From contig JAOTZH010000001.1 of the NCBI GenBank assembly GCA_029861425.1, forward strand, positions 1-52,232: 52,232 bases of DNA, read 5' to 3'. The notes beneath the pieces were generated by a model that searched no databases, was not told the origin of the DNA, and saw only the letters and a list, made by a program, of their open reading frames with translations. This document shows positions 17,794 to 27,300 of the stretch, one piece after another. The stretch is from Gemmatimonadota bacterium (lineage in GTDB: Bacteria; Gemmatimonadota; Gemmatimonadetes; Palauibacterales; Palauibacteraceae). Made by a program: the position numbers and the translations under genes. The stretch's first letter is position 1. The number at the start of each line of letters is the position of its first letter.

Positions 17794-18947
17794 AAAGCGT
17801 GGGAGACGTAAACGAAGCCTCGATCGTGTCGCCGGATGACCAGAGCGTCACCTTCGTCGAACTCTTCTTCGATCTCGTGTTCGTCTTTTCCGTCACCCAG
17901 TCGGTGGGCTATCTGCACCACCACCTCGATTGGGTGGGGGTCGGGCAGACCGTGCTCCTGTTCTGGCTCGTGTGGTGGGCGTGGACGCAGTTCACGTGGG
18001 CGCTGAACGCTGCGGACACGACGCACGCTTGGGTCGAGCTGGCGACTCTTCTCGCGACAGGAGTCGCCTTCTTCATGGCGGTCGCAGTGCCGGGTGCTTT
18101 CGGCGAGGATGCGCTCTGGTTCGCGCTGCCGTATGTGGCGGTGCGGGTCATCGGCCTGGGCCTGTATATGCGTGTTGCCTGGGCCGCTCATGCCGGGCAG
18201 CACGCGGCCGTCAGGTCGTTTGCGCTCATGTCCGTCGGAGGCCTGGTCGCCGTCATCGGGGGCGCGATCGCCGGGGGGACGACGCAGATCTGGCTCTGGG
18301 GGTTGGCGATCCTGCTCGATGTGATCTCCACGAGCGTGGCCGGAGACACCGACGACTGGGACCTCCACCCGGAGCATTTCGCCGAGCGTCACGGGCTCAT
18401 CGTGATCATCGCGCTCGGCGAGTCCCTGATCGTCGCCGCGGCCGGTCTCACGAGCGCCGGGATCTCCGGCACGGTCCTGCTCATCGGGGGACTCGCGGTC
18501 ACGACGACGTGTGCTCTCTGGTGGACGTACTTCGGGTGTGCCAAGCCGACCCTCGACCGAGAGCTCGAGCACCGAACGGGATCGGATCTCTCGAAGCTCG
18601 GCCGGGATGTGTTCTCGTTATTGCACTTCCCGCTCGTGCTTGGCGTGATCGGGCTTGCAGCCGCGATCGAGGAGATCGTGCTTCACCCCTCCGATCCTCT
18701 CGACCTGCCCAACCGCGTCGCTCTGGCCACCGGAATCTTTCTCTTCACGGGCGTGATGGCGCTCGCCCTGTGGCGAGCGTCCGGAAGGGTCCACGCGCTG
18801 CGACTCGTCCTTGCGCTCGCGACCGGCGCCGCGATCGTGTCCGTAGCGGGCGTCACACCGGCGGTCACTCTCGGCATCGCGACCATCGGGGTCACCGCGA
18901 TAGGGGTCGTCGAGCACCACAGGAACGACCCGGTGGCCACCCTATGA
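17790..18947 (+). CDS. ltrA: Low temperature requirement A (LtrA) family membrane protein
   Basis: ATG overlaps the hyuA stop (ATGA). Has the VTFVELFFDLVFVFSVTQ signature and a repeated ERHGLIVIIALGESL motif; polytopic. Confidence 0.8.
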   Translation: MKSVGDVNEASIVSPDDQSVTFVELFFDLVFVFSVTQSVGYLHHHLDWVGVGQTVLLFWLVWWAWTQFTWALNAADTTHAWVELATLLATGVAFFMAVAVPGAFGEDALWFALPYVAVRVIGLGLYMRVAWAAHAGQHAAVRSFALMSVGGLVAVIGGAIAGGTTQIWLWGLAILLDVISTSVAGDTDDWDLHPEHFAERHGLIVIIALGESLIVAAAGLTSAGISGTVLLIGGLAVTTTCALWWTYFGCAKPTLDRELEHRTGSDLSKLGRDVFSLLHFPLVLGVIGLAAAIEEIVLHPSDPLDLPNRVALATGIFLFTGVMALALWRASGRVHALRLVLALATGAAIVSVAGVTPAVTLGIATIGVTAIGVVEHHRNDPVATL

Positions 18948-18993
18948 CGATCGAGGTGACCCGTTTTCCGGCCGGCCGTAAGGCGACGCTTTC

Positions 18994-20634
18994 ATGACGC
19001 GACCCGAGCCGTTGTCGTCCTGGGATCCGATCACGCTTGAGATCTTTCGCAACCTCTTCTACTCCGTCGCCGAGGAGATGGGGGTCACGCTGTGCCGGAC
19101 GTCGTTCTCCCCCAACATCAAGGAACGGCGTGACTATTCGTGCGCGATCTTCGACGCGAAGGGCCGCATGGTCGCGCAAGGCGAGCACATGCCCGTGCAC
19201 CTCGGATCGATGCCGACGTCGGTGGAAGCCGCGATCGCCGCGGTAGATCTCGAACCCGGCGATGTCGTAATGGTGAACGACCCCTTCCGTGGTGGGACGC
19301 ATCTCCCGGACATCACCCTCGTCGAGGGCGTGTTTCTCGACGACGGTGACGAAGCGGAGGGCGGCGCAGGGGACGAGCCTGTCGTCGATTCCGCGTCGCC
19401 GAGACCGGCCTTCTTCGTCGCGAACCGCGCGCACCACTCCGACGTCGGTGGCATGACACCCGGCTCGATGCCGCTCGCTACCGAGATCTTCCAGGAGGGG
19501 ATTCGGATCCCACCAGTGCTCCTCGTCAAAGGCGGCGAGATCCAGCGCGACATCCTCGACCTCGTGCTGGCGAACGTGCGAACTCCGGTCGAGCGCGAGG
19601 GCGACCTGACCGCCCAAATCGCGTCGAACCGCACCGGCGCCCGCCGACTGCTCGGTCTCGTCGAGCGGTACGGCGCGGAGATGGTATCGGAGTACATGCG
19701 ACACCTGCAGGACTACGCGGAACGGATGACCCGAGAGGCGATCCGGCGAATCCCGGACGGCGAGTACCGGTTCGAGGACGCGATGGACGACGACGGCCAG
19801 GGGAACGGCCCGCTGCCGATCATCGTCAGGCTGACTGTCGACGGCGAGGACGCCACCGTCGACTTCACCGGCACGTGCGACCAGGCGGCGGGGTCGGTGA
19901 ACGCGAACGACGCGATCACGCTGTCGGCGACGATGTACTGTTTCCGGGTGATCGTTCCGTTCGCCGTGCCGTCGAACTGGGGGACGATCCAGCCGCTCAC
20001 CGTGATCGCGCCCGAGGGCTCGCTCGTGAACGCCAACCCCCCCGCGGCCATGGCGGGCGGGAACGTCGAGACCTCACAGCGGATCGTCGACGTGGTGCTG
20101 GGGGCGCTCGCGCAGGCGATGCCCGACAGGATCCCGGCGGCGAGCTACGGCACCATGAGCAACCTGACGATCGGCGGCGTGGACCCGCGCACCGGCAAGC
20201 CGTTCGCCTACTACGAGACGATCGCGGGCGGCATGGGGGCACGGCCGTGGGCGGACGGGCTCGACGCGACGCACTGCCACATGACGAATAGCCTGAACAC
20301 TCCGATCGAAGCGCTCGAGCACGCGTATCCCTACCGGGTCCGACGCTACGCGGTGCGGCGCGGTACGGGCGGCGCGGGCGAGTACCGTGGCGGCGACGGG
20401 ATCGAGCGCGAACTCGAGATGCTCGGCGACGCGACGGTGACGATCCTGAGCGATCGGCGCGTGGGCCGGCCCTACGGCCTCGAGGGGGGCGAACCGGGCG
20501 CGCCGGGCGCGAACTCCGTCGTGGACGCATCGGGCGAACCTTCGGCGCTGGCCGGCAAGGACTCCCGCGAGGTGAAGGCTGGCTCGGTCATCCGGGTGCA
20601 CACCCCGGGCGGCGGGGGACACGGACTGGCCTAG
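18994..20634 (+). CDS. hyuB: Hydantoinase B/oxoprolinase family (HyuB-type) subunit
   Basis: DPITLEIFRNLFYSVAEEMG N-terminus, GGTHLPDIT, and C-terminal GGGGHG. Confidence 0.9.
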   Translation: MTRPEPLSSWDPITLEIFRNLFYSVAEEMGVTLCRTSFSPNIKERRDYSCAIFDAKGRMVAQGEHMPVHLGSMPTSVEAAIAAVDLEPGDVVMVNDPFRGGTHLPDITLVEGVFLDDGDEAEGGAGDEPVVDSASPRPAFFVANRAHHSDVGGMTPGSMPLATEIFQEGIRIPPVLLVKGGEIQRDILDLVLANVRTPVEREGDLTAQIASNRTGARRLLGLVERYGAEMVSEYMRHLQDYAERMTREAIRRIPDGEYRFEDAMDDDGQGNGPLPIIVRLTVDGEDATVDFTGTCDQAAGSVNANDAITLSATMYCFRVIVPFAVPSNWGTIQPLTVIAPEGSLVNANPPAAMAGGNVETSQRIVDVVLGALAQAMPDRIPAASYGTMSNLTIGGVDPRTGKPFAYYETIAGGMGARPWADGLDATHCHMTNSLNTPIEALEHAYPYRVRRYAVRRGTGGAGEYRGGDGIERELEMLGDATVTILSDRRVGRPYGLEGGEPGAPGANSVVDASGEPSALAGKDSREVKAGSVIRVHTPGGGGHGLA

Positions 20635-20697
20635 GGTCGCTCGCGACCTCGAAGGCTCTCGGGTGCGAGACGGGGCCGGAGGATCGTCCCGATGCGA

Positions 20698-20731
20698 AAG
20701 CGGCCCGACCGGCTTAGCCGGCGGGCCGCTT
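20698..20731. terminator. Bidirectional terminator-like hairpin between convergent hyuB and the fasciclin gene
   Basis: AAGCGGCCCG(A)CCGGC-tta-GCCGGCGGGCCGCTT: a 15-bp stem with one bulge and no clear U-tract. Confidence 0.5.
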
Positions 20732-20773
20732 CCACGCCTTGAGGAGCGTTACTGAGGCACCAGACCGTCGGGC

Positions 20774-21259
20774 CTACATGCCCGGGAGGATCACCTGGTC
20801 GATCACGTGGATCACGCCATTCGTGGTCTCGATGTCGACCGCGAGCACGTTGGCATTGTCGATCATGACGCCATCGCTGCCGGCGGTGATCTTCACGCTC
20901 TCACCCTGCACGGTCTTGGCGGAGGAGAGATTCACGACGTCGGAACTCAGGACCTTGCCGGGCACGACGTGATACGTCAGTACGGCGATCAGCTTGTCGC
21001 GGTTCTCGGGCTTGAGCAGCGTCTCGACCGTGCCGGCCGGTAGCGCGGCGAAGGCGTCATCGGTCGGCGCGAAGACGGTGAACGGACCATCGCCCTTCAG
21101 CGTCTCGACGAGCCCCGCGGCCTGGACCGCGGCGACGAGCGTCTCGAAGGAACCGGCCGCGACAGCCGTGTCGACGATGTCCTTGTCCTGAGCTGCGAGC
21201 GGCGCGGAAAGGGCGACGACGGCAGCGAACCCGAGGGAAAAGATCTTGGAGGTCTTCAT
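20774..21259 (-). CDS. Secreted fasciclin (FAS1) domain protein
   Basis: ATG at 21259 gives a signal peptide, [27 protein letters not shown]1 motifs [14 protein letters not shown] and [13 protein letters not shown]. Confidence 0.85.
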   Translation of the reverse strand: MKTSKIFSLGFAAVVALSAPLAAQDKDIVDTAVAAGSFETLVAAVQAAGLVETLKGDGPFTVFAPTDDAFAALPAGTVETLLKPENRDKLIAVLTYHVVPGKVLSSDVVNLSSAKTVQGESVKITAGSDGVMIDNANVLAVDIETTNGVIHVIDQVILPGM

Positions 21260-21348
21260 TGGCTTGTTCCTTTTGAACGTGGTTTGTCGATCTGGTTCTG
21301 GTCCGGGCACGACTGGGAGCTCGCCCTGACGTCCACTTGTTGTCCAAG

Positions 21349-21377
21349 ATAATAGTAGGACGTTTGCGGTCGTGCAA
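21349..21377 (-). promoter_or_regulatory. Sigma70-like promoter for the fasciclin gene (TTGCAC - 17 nt - TATTAT)
   Basis: Read on the minus strand: -35 TTGCAC (21377-21372), a 17-nt spacer, then -10 TATTAT (21354-21349). It lies about 90 nt upstream of the ATG at 21259, in a visibly AT-richer spacer. Confidence 0.4.
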
Positions 21378-21689
21378 GGCCGGTGTCCAGGTATCTATGT
21401 GTACTAGCCATCGACACACTGTCTCCGTAAATAGGTTTCGGCGTAACGCCCAGATCGGATCCATCGGGTCCGAAATCGGATTCCGAGGTCAGGGCTAGCG
21501 CGGCTCGAACCGTCATGCGGGACGGCTCGAAAGGTCACGACTGCCGCATGGAAACCCGACGCGCTAACGTGACGGACCTGGCTCGTGGGGTTCGAGCCAC
21601 ATGCGCAGAGGAGGCAGGCCTGGCTTCAGCCGACTTCAATGCCGACGGTGCGAACTGGATTCGTGGCACGGTCGCGGCGGGCGAGCCCG

Positions 21690-22235
21690 ATGAGTAGAAA
21701 CTGGTCCGTCCCCGCGAAGCGCTGGGGTGGCGGAGCTCTCATCGGTGTCGCCGCGTTCATGTTTCTCGGCTTCATGGTCTCGGGCGGTGCCTTCTCCACG
21801 GCGGCCACCGTCGCGGCGTTCCTGGTTTCGGTCGTCCTGCCAGCGACGACGGGCGGCCTCATGATCAAGTCGTCCATGGGGGGCGGACGCGCTCTCACGG
21901 AACGGCAGGAGGCCCTCCGTCTCGAGACGATCCAGGCCGAGGTGCTGCGGCTGGCCGGAGTGCACGGAGGGCGGTTGACCGTCGTCGAGGTGGCCGGCGA
22001 GCTCGGGATACCCGCATCGACGGCGGAGGAGGTCCTGAACGAACTCATGGCGAAGGAGGTCTCCGACGTCGCCGTGACCGAGTCGGGTCTTCTGGTATAC
22101 GAGTTCCACGATCTGAAACACCTGTCCGAGAAGGAAGATGCACGCGGGATTCTCGATGCCGGGCCCGATCGCGGGTTCGACGTCGAGTCCGGACTCGACC
22201 GTCCCGGCATGAACCGACCGGATGAGGCCGATTGA
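21690..22235 (+). CDS. Two-TM membrane protein with a C-terminal winged-helix-like domain
   Basis: ATG at 21690. Two hydrophobic helices (ALIGVAAFMFLGFMVSG, AATVAAFLVSVVLPA), then a helical region, LTVVEVAGELGIPASTAEEVLNELMAKEV. No family recognised. Confidence 0.65.
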   Translation: MSRNWSVPAKRWGGGALIGVAAFMFLGFMVSGGAFSTAATVAAFLVSVVLPATTGGLMIKSSMGGGRALTERQEALRLETIQAEVLRLAGVHGGRLTVVEVAGELGIPASTAEEVLNELMAKEVSDVAVTESGLLVYEFHDLKHLSEKEDARGILDAGPDRGFDVESGLDRPGMNRPDEAD

Positions 22236-22251
22236 TGGATAGGACGGACCC

Positions 22252-22908
22252 GTGAAGGAGCTCGAGACCCGGTGGCCCTGTCCGGTCTGTCTCGGCGTGA
22301 AGCTCCAGAAGCTCGAGATCGGCTCCGACTCTCTGGTCCTCGACCACTGTCCGCGGTGCGGCGGTATGTGGTTCGAACTCGGCGAGGTGCAGGCGCTCGG
22401 CGGGGAGGGCCCTCACGCTCTCTGGAAGCAGGTCGAGGAACGGGACGACGTGCACCGGGCCCAGTGCCATTCCTGTGGCGCGTTCATGGCCCGGAACGAC
22501 GAGCGCTGCCCAGCCTGCGGTACGAAGAACCGCATCGATTGCCCGATCTGCACCCGGCGGCTGAAGCAGGTCGAGCACGACGGACTCGTTCTCGACGTCT
22601 GCAAGCACTGCAAGGGGGTCTGGTTCGACCACCACGAGTTGAACTCGATCTGGACGCTCGAACGCGACAGGCTCGTCGAGAAGTACCGCGGTCAGGGGAA
22701 GGTCGCGAAGGTCGCCCGGGACGGATCGGATGTCCTCCTGGAAACGCTGATCTGGGCTCCGGACCTCGCTTTCTACGGAGCGATCGCCGCAGGAGAGGTG
22801 GCTTCCGCCGCGATCGAGGTCGCTCCGGCGGTGCTCGAGACGGTTGGCGAGGCAGCGGGTAGCGTGTTCGCGACCCTGATCGAGATCATCTCCGGCATCT
22901 TCGGCTGA
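22252..22908 (+). CDS. Triple zinc-ribbon protein (zf-TFIIB/PF13453-like modules) with a hydrophobic C-terminal tail
   Basis: CPVC..CPRCGGMWFELGE, CHSC..CPAC, and CPIC..CKHCKGVWFDHHEL (12 Cys in six CxxC pairs). Ala/Val/Ile-rich C-terminus ending IEIISGIFG. GTG start 16 nt after the previous gene. Confidence 0.75.
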   Translation: MKELETRWPCPVCLGVKLQKLEIGSDSLVLDHCPRCGGMWFELGEVQALGGEGPHALWKQVEERDDVHRAQCHSCGAFMARNDERCPACGTKNRIDCPICTRRLKQVEHDGLVLDVCKHCKGVWFDHHELNSIWTLERDRLVEKYRGQGKVAKVARDGSDVLLETLIWAPDLAFYGAIAAGEVASAAIEVAPAVLETVGEAAGSVFATLIEIISGIFG

Positions 22909-22918
22909 CGAGGGATCG

Positions 22919-23740
22919 TCAGATCGGACGGGTTCCCGTCGTCACGACGAACTCACCGGGCATGTCGTACGCCGACCCGACGCGAAACGTCTCGATGGTC
23001 TCCAGGTAAGCGTCGTGAGCGTCCTGCTTCAGGTCTTCGTCGAACCGCGAGTAGGCCATCGCCACCGGGCCTCCGGCAAAGGCCGCCTTGAGGGCCTCGT
23101 CTTCGGAGTCGTAGGTGAGACGGGTGGAGATGCGCTCGGAACGAACATCGGTGAGGCCGGCCTGTTCGAACGCCCGGTTGAGCGTGGCTCCCGTGCCCAG
23201 CTGGAAGAACATCGGGCAGACCTCCGTGTTCACCCGCTCGTCCACCACGGAGAATATGCCGGACCAGCCGCAGCTCACCCGCGCCCCCCATACCGATGCG
23301 ACGGCCCGACCTCCGGGTCGAAGGACACGGCGCATTTCCGAAAGCGCCTCCACCGGCTCGGGAACGTACATGAGCCCGAGTGCACAGAGCGTTGTGTCGA
23401 AGGACGCGTCGTCCAGACTGAGCGCCTCGGCTCCCATCCGCTCGAAGCTCGCGTTCGAAACGCCAGCATTCGAGCACCTGACCCCCGCCGTTTCCACCAT
23501 GACCGCGGAGATGTCGGTTCCCACCAGCTCTCCGGTGGGGGCTACTGCCCGGGCCGCCGGCACCGACACCAGTCCGGTACCGCAGGCGACATCGAGAACA
23601 CGCTCGCCGGGGTTCAGATCCGCCAGCTCCAGCGTGAGCGTCTGTGCCGGCTCGAGCTGACGACTCCACGATTTCTCGTAGTCACCGGCCGCCCGATCCC
23701 AACCGTAACGCTGTACCCGTCGCTGTAGTCTCGCATCCAT
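22919..23740 (-). CDS. Class I SAM-dependent methyltransferase (UbiE/Methyltransf_11-like)
   Basis: Motif I RVLDVACGTGLVS; LRPGGRAV post-motif. Confidence 0.85.
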   Translation of the reverse strand: MDARLQRRVQRYGWDRAAGDYEKSWSRQLEPAQTLTLELADLNPGERVLDVACGTGLVSVPAARAVAPTGELVGTDISAVMVETAGVRCSNAGVSNASFERMGAEALSLDDASFDTTLCALGLMYVPEPVEALSEMRRVLRPGGRAVASVWGARVSCGWSGIFSVVDERVNTEVCPMFFQLGTGATLNRAFEQAGLTDVRSERISTRLTYDSEDEALKAAFAGGPVAMAYSRFDEDLKQDAHDAYLETIETFRVGSAYDMPGEFVVTTGTRPI

Positions 23741-23759
23741 CGTTCGTCTCGTCGGGTTG

Positions 23760-24332
23760 TCAGGGTTTCCGGACCTGCAGCTCGCGACGCATGGGCATCG
23801 GGTCGCGCCACACGACGAGGTACGGACAGCGTGTCTCGGCGAGATCGAACACTCTTCGGACCTCCGTCTCCGAGGCGTCGCTCTCCACGGCGACGATGTA
23901 ACGCACCTCGGTATATGCGGGGGTGACGTCGGCCAGTCCCAACTCGCCTCGCGCGTCGTAGTCCGCCTCCACGGTCACCTCGAGCGAGTGGATCGGGAGG
24001 GAGTTCTCGGCGGCCCATCGACGGTAGGCCATCGCCAGACACGACCCCAGCGCCGCTCGCCCGAACACGCCAGGGTTTGGACCACGGTCGTTCCCGCCCC
24101 AGCGGTCGGGCATGTCCAGGGTCAGAGCCCAGTCGCCATCCGCGACCTCGCAGGTCATGCCGTGAGTCACGCGCACGCTGGTCGTCGCGGTGCCGATCGC
24201 CGTCGAGGGCCGTAACTCGACCGTACGAGCCATCCGCTGGCAGGCGGCGGTCATCTTCTCTGTCGACGGGTCGAGCGCTGGGGCCGCAGGCGCGGCCGCA
24301 TCCGTTCGCGACATCGGTCCTCCTTCCTCCAC
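23760..24332 (-). CDS. OsmC/Ohr family protein
   Basis: GGNDRGPNPGVFGRAALGSCLAMAY core typical of the OsmC family. An alternative start is at 24314. Confidence 0.85.
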   Translation of the reverse strand: MEEGGPMSRTDAAAPAAPALDPSTEKMTAACQRMARTVELRPSTAIGTATTSVRVTHGMTCEVADGDWALTLDMPDRWGGNDRGPNPGVFGRAALGSCLAMAYRRWAAENSLPIHSLEVTVEADYDARGELGLADVTPAYTEVRYIVAVESDASETEVRRVFDLAETRCPYLVVWRDPMPMRRELQVRKP

Positions 24333-24365
24333 ATAGTGGAAGACAGCGAAGGCGCTGCCTCGGGC

Positions 24366-27300
24366 TCAGCGCCCCGGGTCGATCCGTTCGAACCCGGCCG
24401 CCGCGAGCGCTTCGTTGAAGCCGGCGAGGTCCACGAGCCACTCCTCGTAATCCTCCCGGATTTCCTCCCACTGGCGAGCGTACCTCTCGATCCAAGCAGC
24501 CTGCGGGTCGGTCGGCCGCGACGTCGCACGCCCGATCGCTCTCATCACTCCGGAGAGGCCCGGCAGTAGAGGCACGTAGTCCATCTCGGCCCGTTCGTCG
24601 TCGGGCCACAGGAGACGGACACGCAGCGAGTCCACGCAGTCAACCAGCCCCGCCGCCGAGGAGATGAGATCTGAGGCTGTGTCAGCGGCGGACCGTAGAC
24701 GGGCCTCCCAGGCCTGGATCTGCTCGCGGGCGTCGTCGAGGTCGCGTACCACGGCCGCCGCCTCGACCCCGACCGATCCCGCCCGCCGAAGCGCCTCGAC
24801 CTGCATGGCAGCTTCGGAGCCCGCCGACGGGAGGCGATCATCCGGTTGGACGGAGACGACCGTCTCGGTGGCTACCCCGTTCCAGGTGAGTCGCGCGGTG
24901 TAGTCGCCGGGCAGAGCCTTCGGCCCGGCGGCCGGGAAGCGGTACCCGTCCTCGCTGTCGTCGAAGCGTTCGTGCCGCAGATCCCAGGCAACGCGGTGCA
25001 GACCGGCCTCGCCCGGCACCTCGAGCACGCGAATCGTGTCGCCCTCCGCATCGACGATCGCGAGATCGAGATCGGGCGCCCCAGGGGCCTCGTCCGCCTC
25101 GGATGCGTCGGCCGCGTCCGCCTCCGCCGCTTCCTGCTCGCTCGCCGCGTCCCCGGAGAGGTAATAGGTGATGAGAGCTCCGTAAGGGGGGTTTTGCCCC
25201 ACGAACACGCCGTCGCCGATGTCGAAGCGGAAACGACGGATCGCGGGCTCGAAACGAACCGCGGGCGACGCATCGAACAGATACGGCCCCTGCCCGGCCA
25301 GAGCGGCTCCGAGCTCCTGGATCGGAGCCGCGTCGTCGAGTACCCACGCGCCGCGGCCGTGCGTCCCGATCACCAGATCGTTGGCCGTCTCCGGGATGGC
25401 GAGATCACGCACGGGGACAGGCGGGAGCCCGAGCCGCAGCGAAGCCCATACTCGCCCCGAGGACGCGCTGCCGCCCGATGGGGGCAACGAAAACCAGATC
25501 CCGGTCTCCGTCCCCACGTACAGCAACCCCTCGACCCGCCGGTCCTCTCGAACCACATGCACGTGGCCGGGCGTCGGCAATCCGTCGCCGATGCTGGTCC
25601 ACGTCTCTCCGTAGGCGTCGGTCGCGAACACGTACGGAGACATGTCGTCGTCGCGGTGACGGTCGAACGTGACGTATGCCGTGCCGGGGTCGGTGCGGGA
25701 GGCCACGATGCGAGAGACCCACGAGCCGTCGGGGACGTCGATCCGCCCCGAAAGCTCGGTCCACGTGACACCACCGTCGCGGGTGAGCTGAACGTTGCCA
25801 TCGTCGGTGCCGACCCAGATCACGCCGGCCCGGACGGGCGACTCGGAGATCGTGTAGATGGTTGCGTGGTACTCCGCGGTTGTGTTGTCCGGGGTCAGAC
25901 CTCCGGAGATGCCGAGACGTTGGGGATCGGCGCGGCTCAGATCGGGACTGATCTCGGTCCAGCTCTGGCCCTCGCTCTCGCTTCGGAAGAGGACGTTCCC
26001 GCCCACGTACACCACGTCCGGATCGTGCGGCGAGAGGTGGACGGGTGCGTTCCAGTTGAACCGGTACTCGTGCGCGCCGGCCGGGAGCCCGCCCGACGAG
26101 ACGGGATATGGTGAGATCGACCGGGCTTCGCCGGTGGCCAGGTTCACGCGAAAGAAGCTTCCTCCCTGCGTGTTCGCATAGATGAGATCCGGATTCCTGG
26201 GGTCGAACTGCACATACATGCCGTCGCCCGGACCGATGATCTCGTGCCAGTAGTTGATCAGCGATCCAGCGACGTTCCGGGTCCGGCTGGGACCGCACCA
26301 CGAATCGTTGTCCTGGAGCCCCCCACACACGTTGTACGGAGTCGAGTTGTCGACGGCGATCTGGTAGAACTGGGCGAGCGGAACCGTATTGGAGAACTCC
26401 CAGGTGTCACCGCCATCCGGCGAAAAGTGGAATCCACCATCGTTTCCGTTGATGAGTCGGTCGGGGTTCTCCGGATCGATCCATAGCGCGTGATGGTCAC
26501 CATGGATATTCGCCGCGATCCGCTGCCAGGTGCGCCCGCCGTCGATCGATTTGTGCAGACCGCCCGCGACCGCGTAGAGCGTGTTCTCGTCGGTCGGGTC
26601 GACACGGATGTCGTGGTAGTAGAAGGGCCGACCGCCGATCTGGGAGGAGCTGCTGACGACCGACCAGCTGGCGCCACGATCCTCGCTCTTCCACAGCACG
26701 CCCTCATCGTTCGACTCGATGATCGCGAACACGAGGCGCGGGTTCGATTCGGCGATGGCGACCCCGATCCGCCCGAGATCGCCGGTGGGTAAGCCGTTCG
26801 TCGGCGCGTCGTCGTTCAGATGCTCCCACGTGTCACCCGAGTCCATCGAACGATAGAGGCCGCTGCCCGGTCCACCGCTTCGGAACGTCCACGGCCGCCG
26901 CCGGAAGTCCCACATCGCCGCGTAGAGGATGCGGGGATTCGTCGGATCCAGCGCGAGGTCTGCGACCCCGGTGTTCTCATCGACGTAGAGCACTCGTTCC
27001 CAGGACGCTCCGCCATCGAGCGAGCGGTATACGCCCCGTTCCTCGTTTGGGCCCCACAGGTGACCCATCGCGCCGACGTACACGACGTCCGGGTCGCGCG
27101 GATGCACGCGAATTCGCGAGACACGTTCGCTGTCCGCCAGCCCCATGTGTACCCAGGTCTCGCCGGCGTCGGTCGACCGGTACACGCCGTCTCCGATCGA
27201 GGTAGAGTTCCTGGGGTTCCCCTCACCCGTTCCCAGGTAGAGCACGTTCGGGTCGGACGGTGCGAGAGCGATCGCCCCCACGGACGAAGTCCCGCCCGAC

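Noticed and set aside
21585-21600. GTGG-GGTTCGAG-CCAC, a tRNA T-arm-like element that could indicate a tRNA or tRNA remnant
   Set aside because: It has only a 4-bp stem with an 8-nt loop. I could not build acceptor, D or anticodon arms from the flanks. A similar GGTTCGATCC string at about 17036 lies inside hyuA coding sequence.
21515-21697. 60-aa ORF ending 8 nt into the downstream gene (possible leader peptide)
   Set aside because: Third-position G/C content is clearly lower than in neighbouring real genes (about two thirds by my count). There is no SD and no recognisable features. It is more likely non-coding leader sequence.
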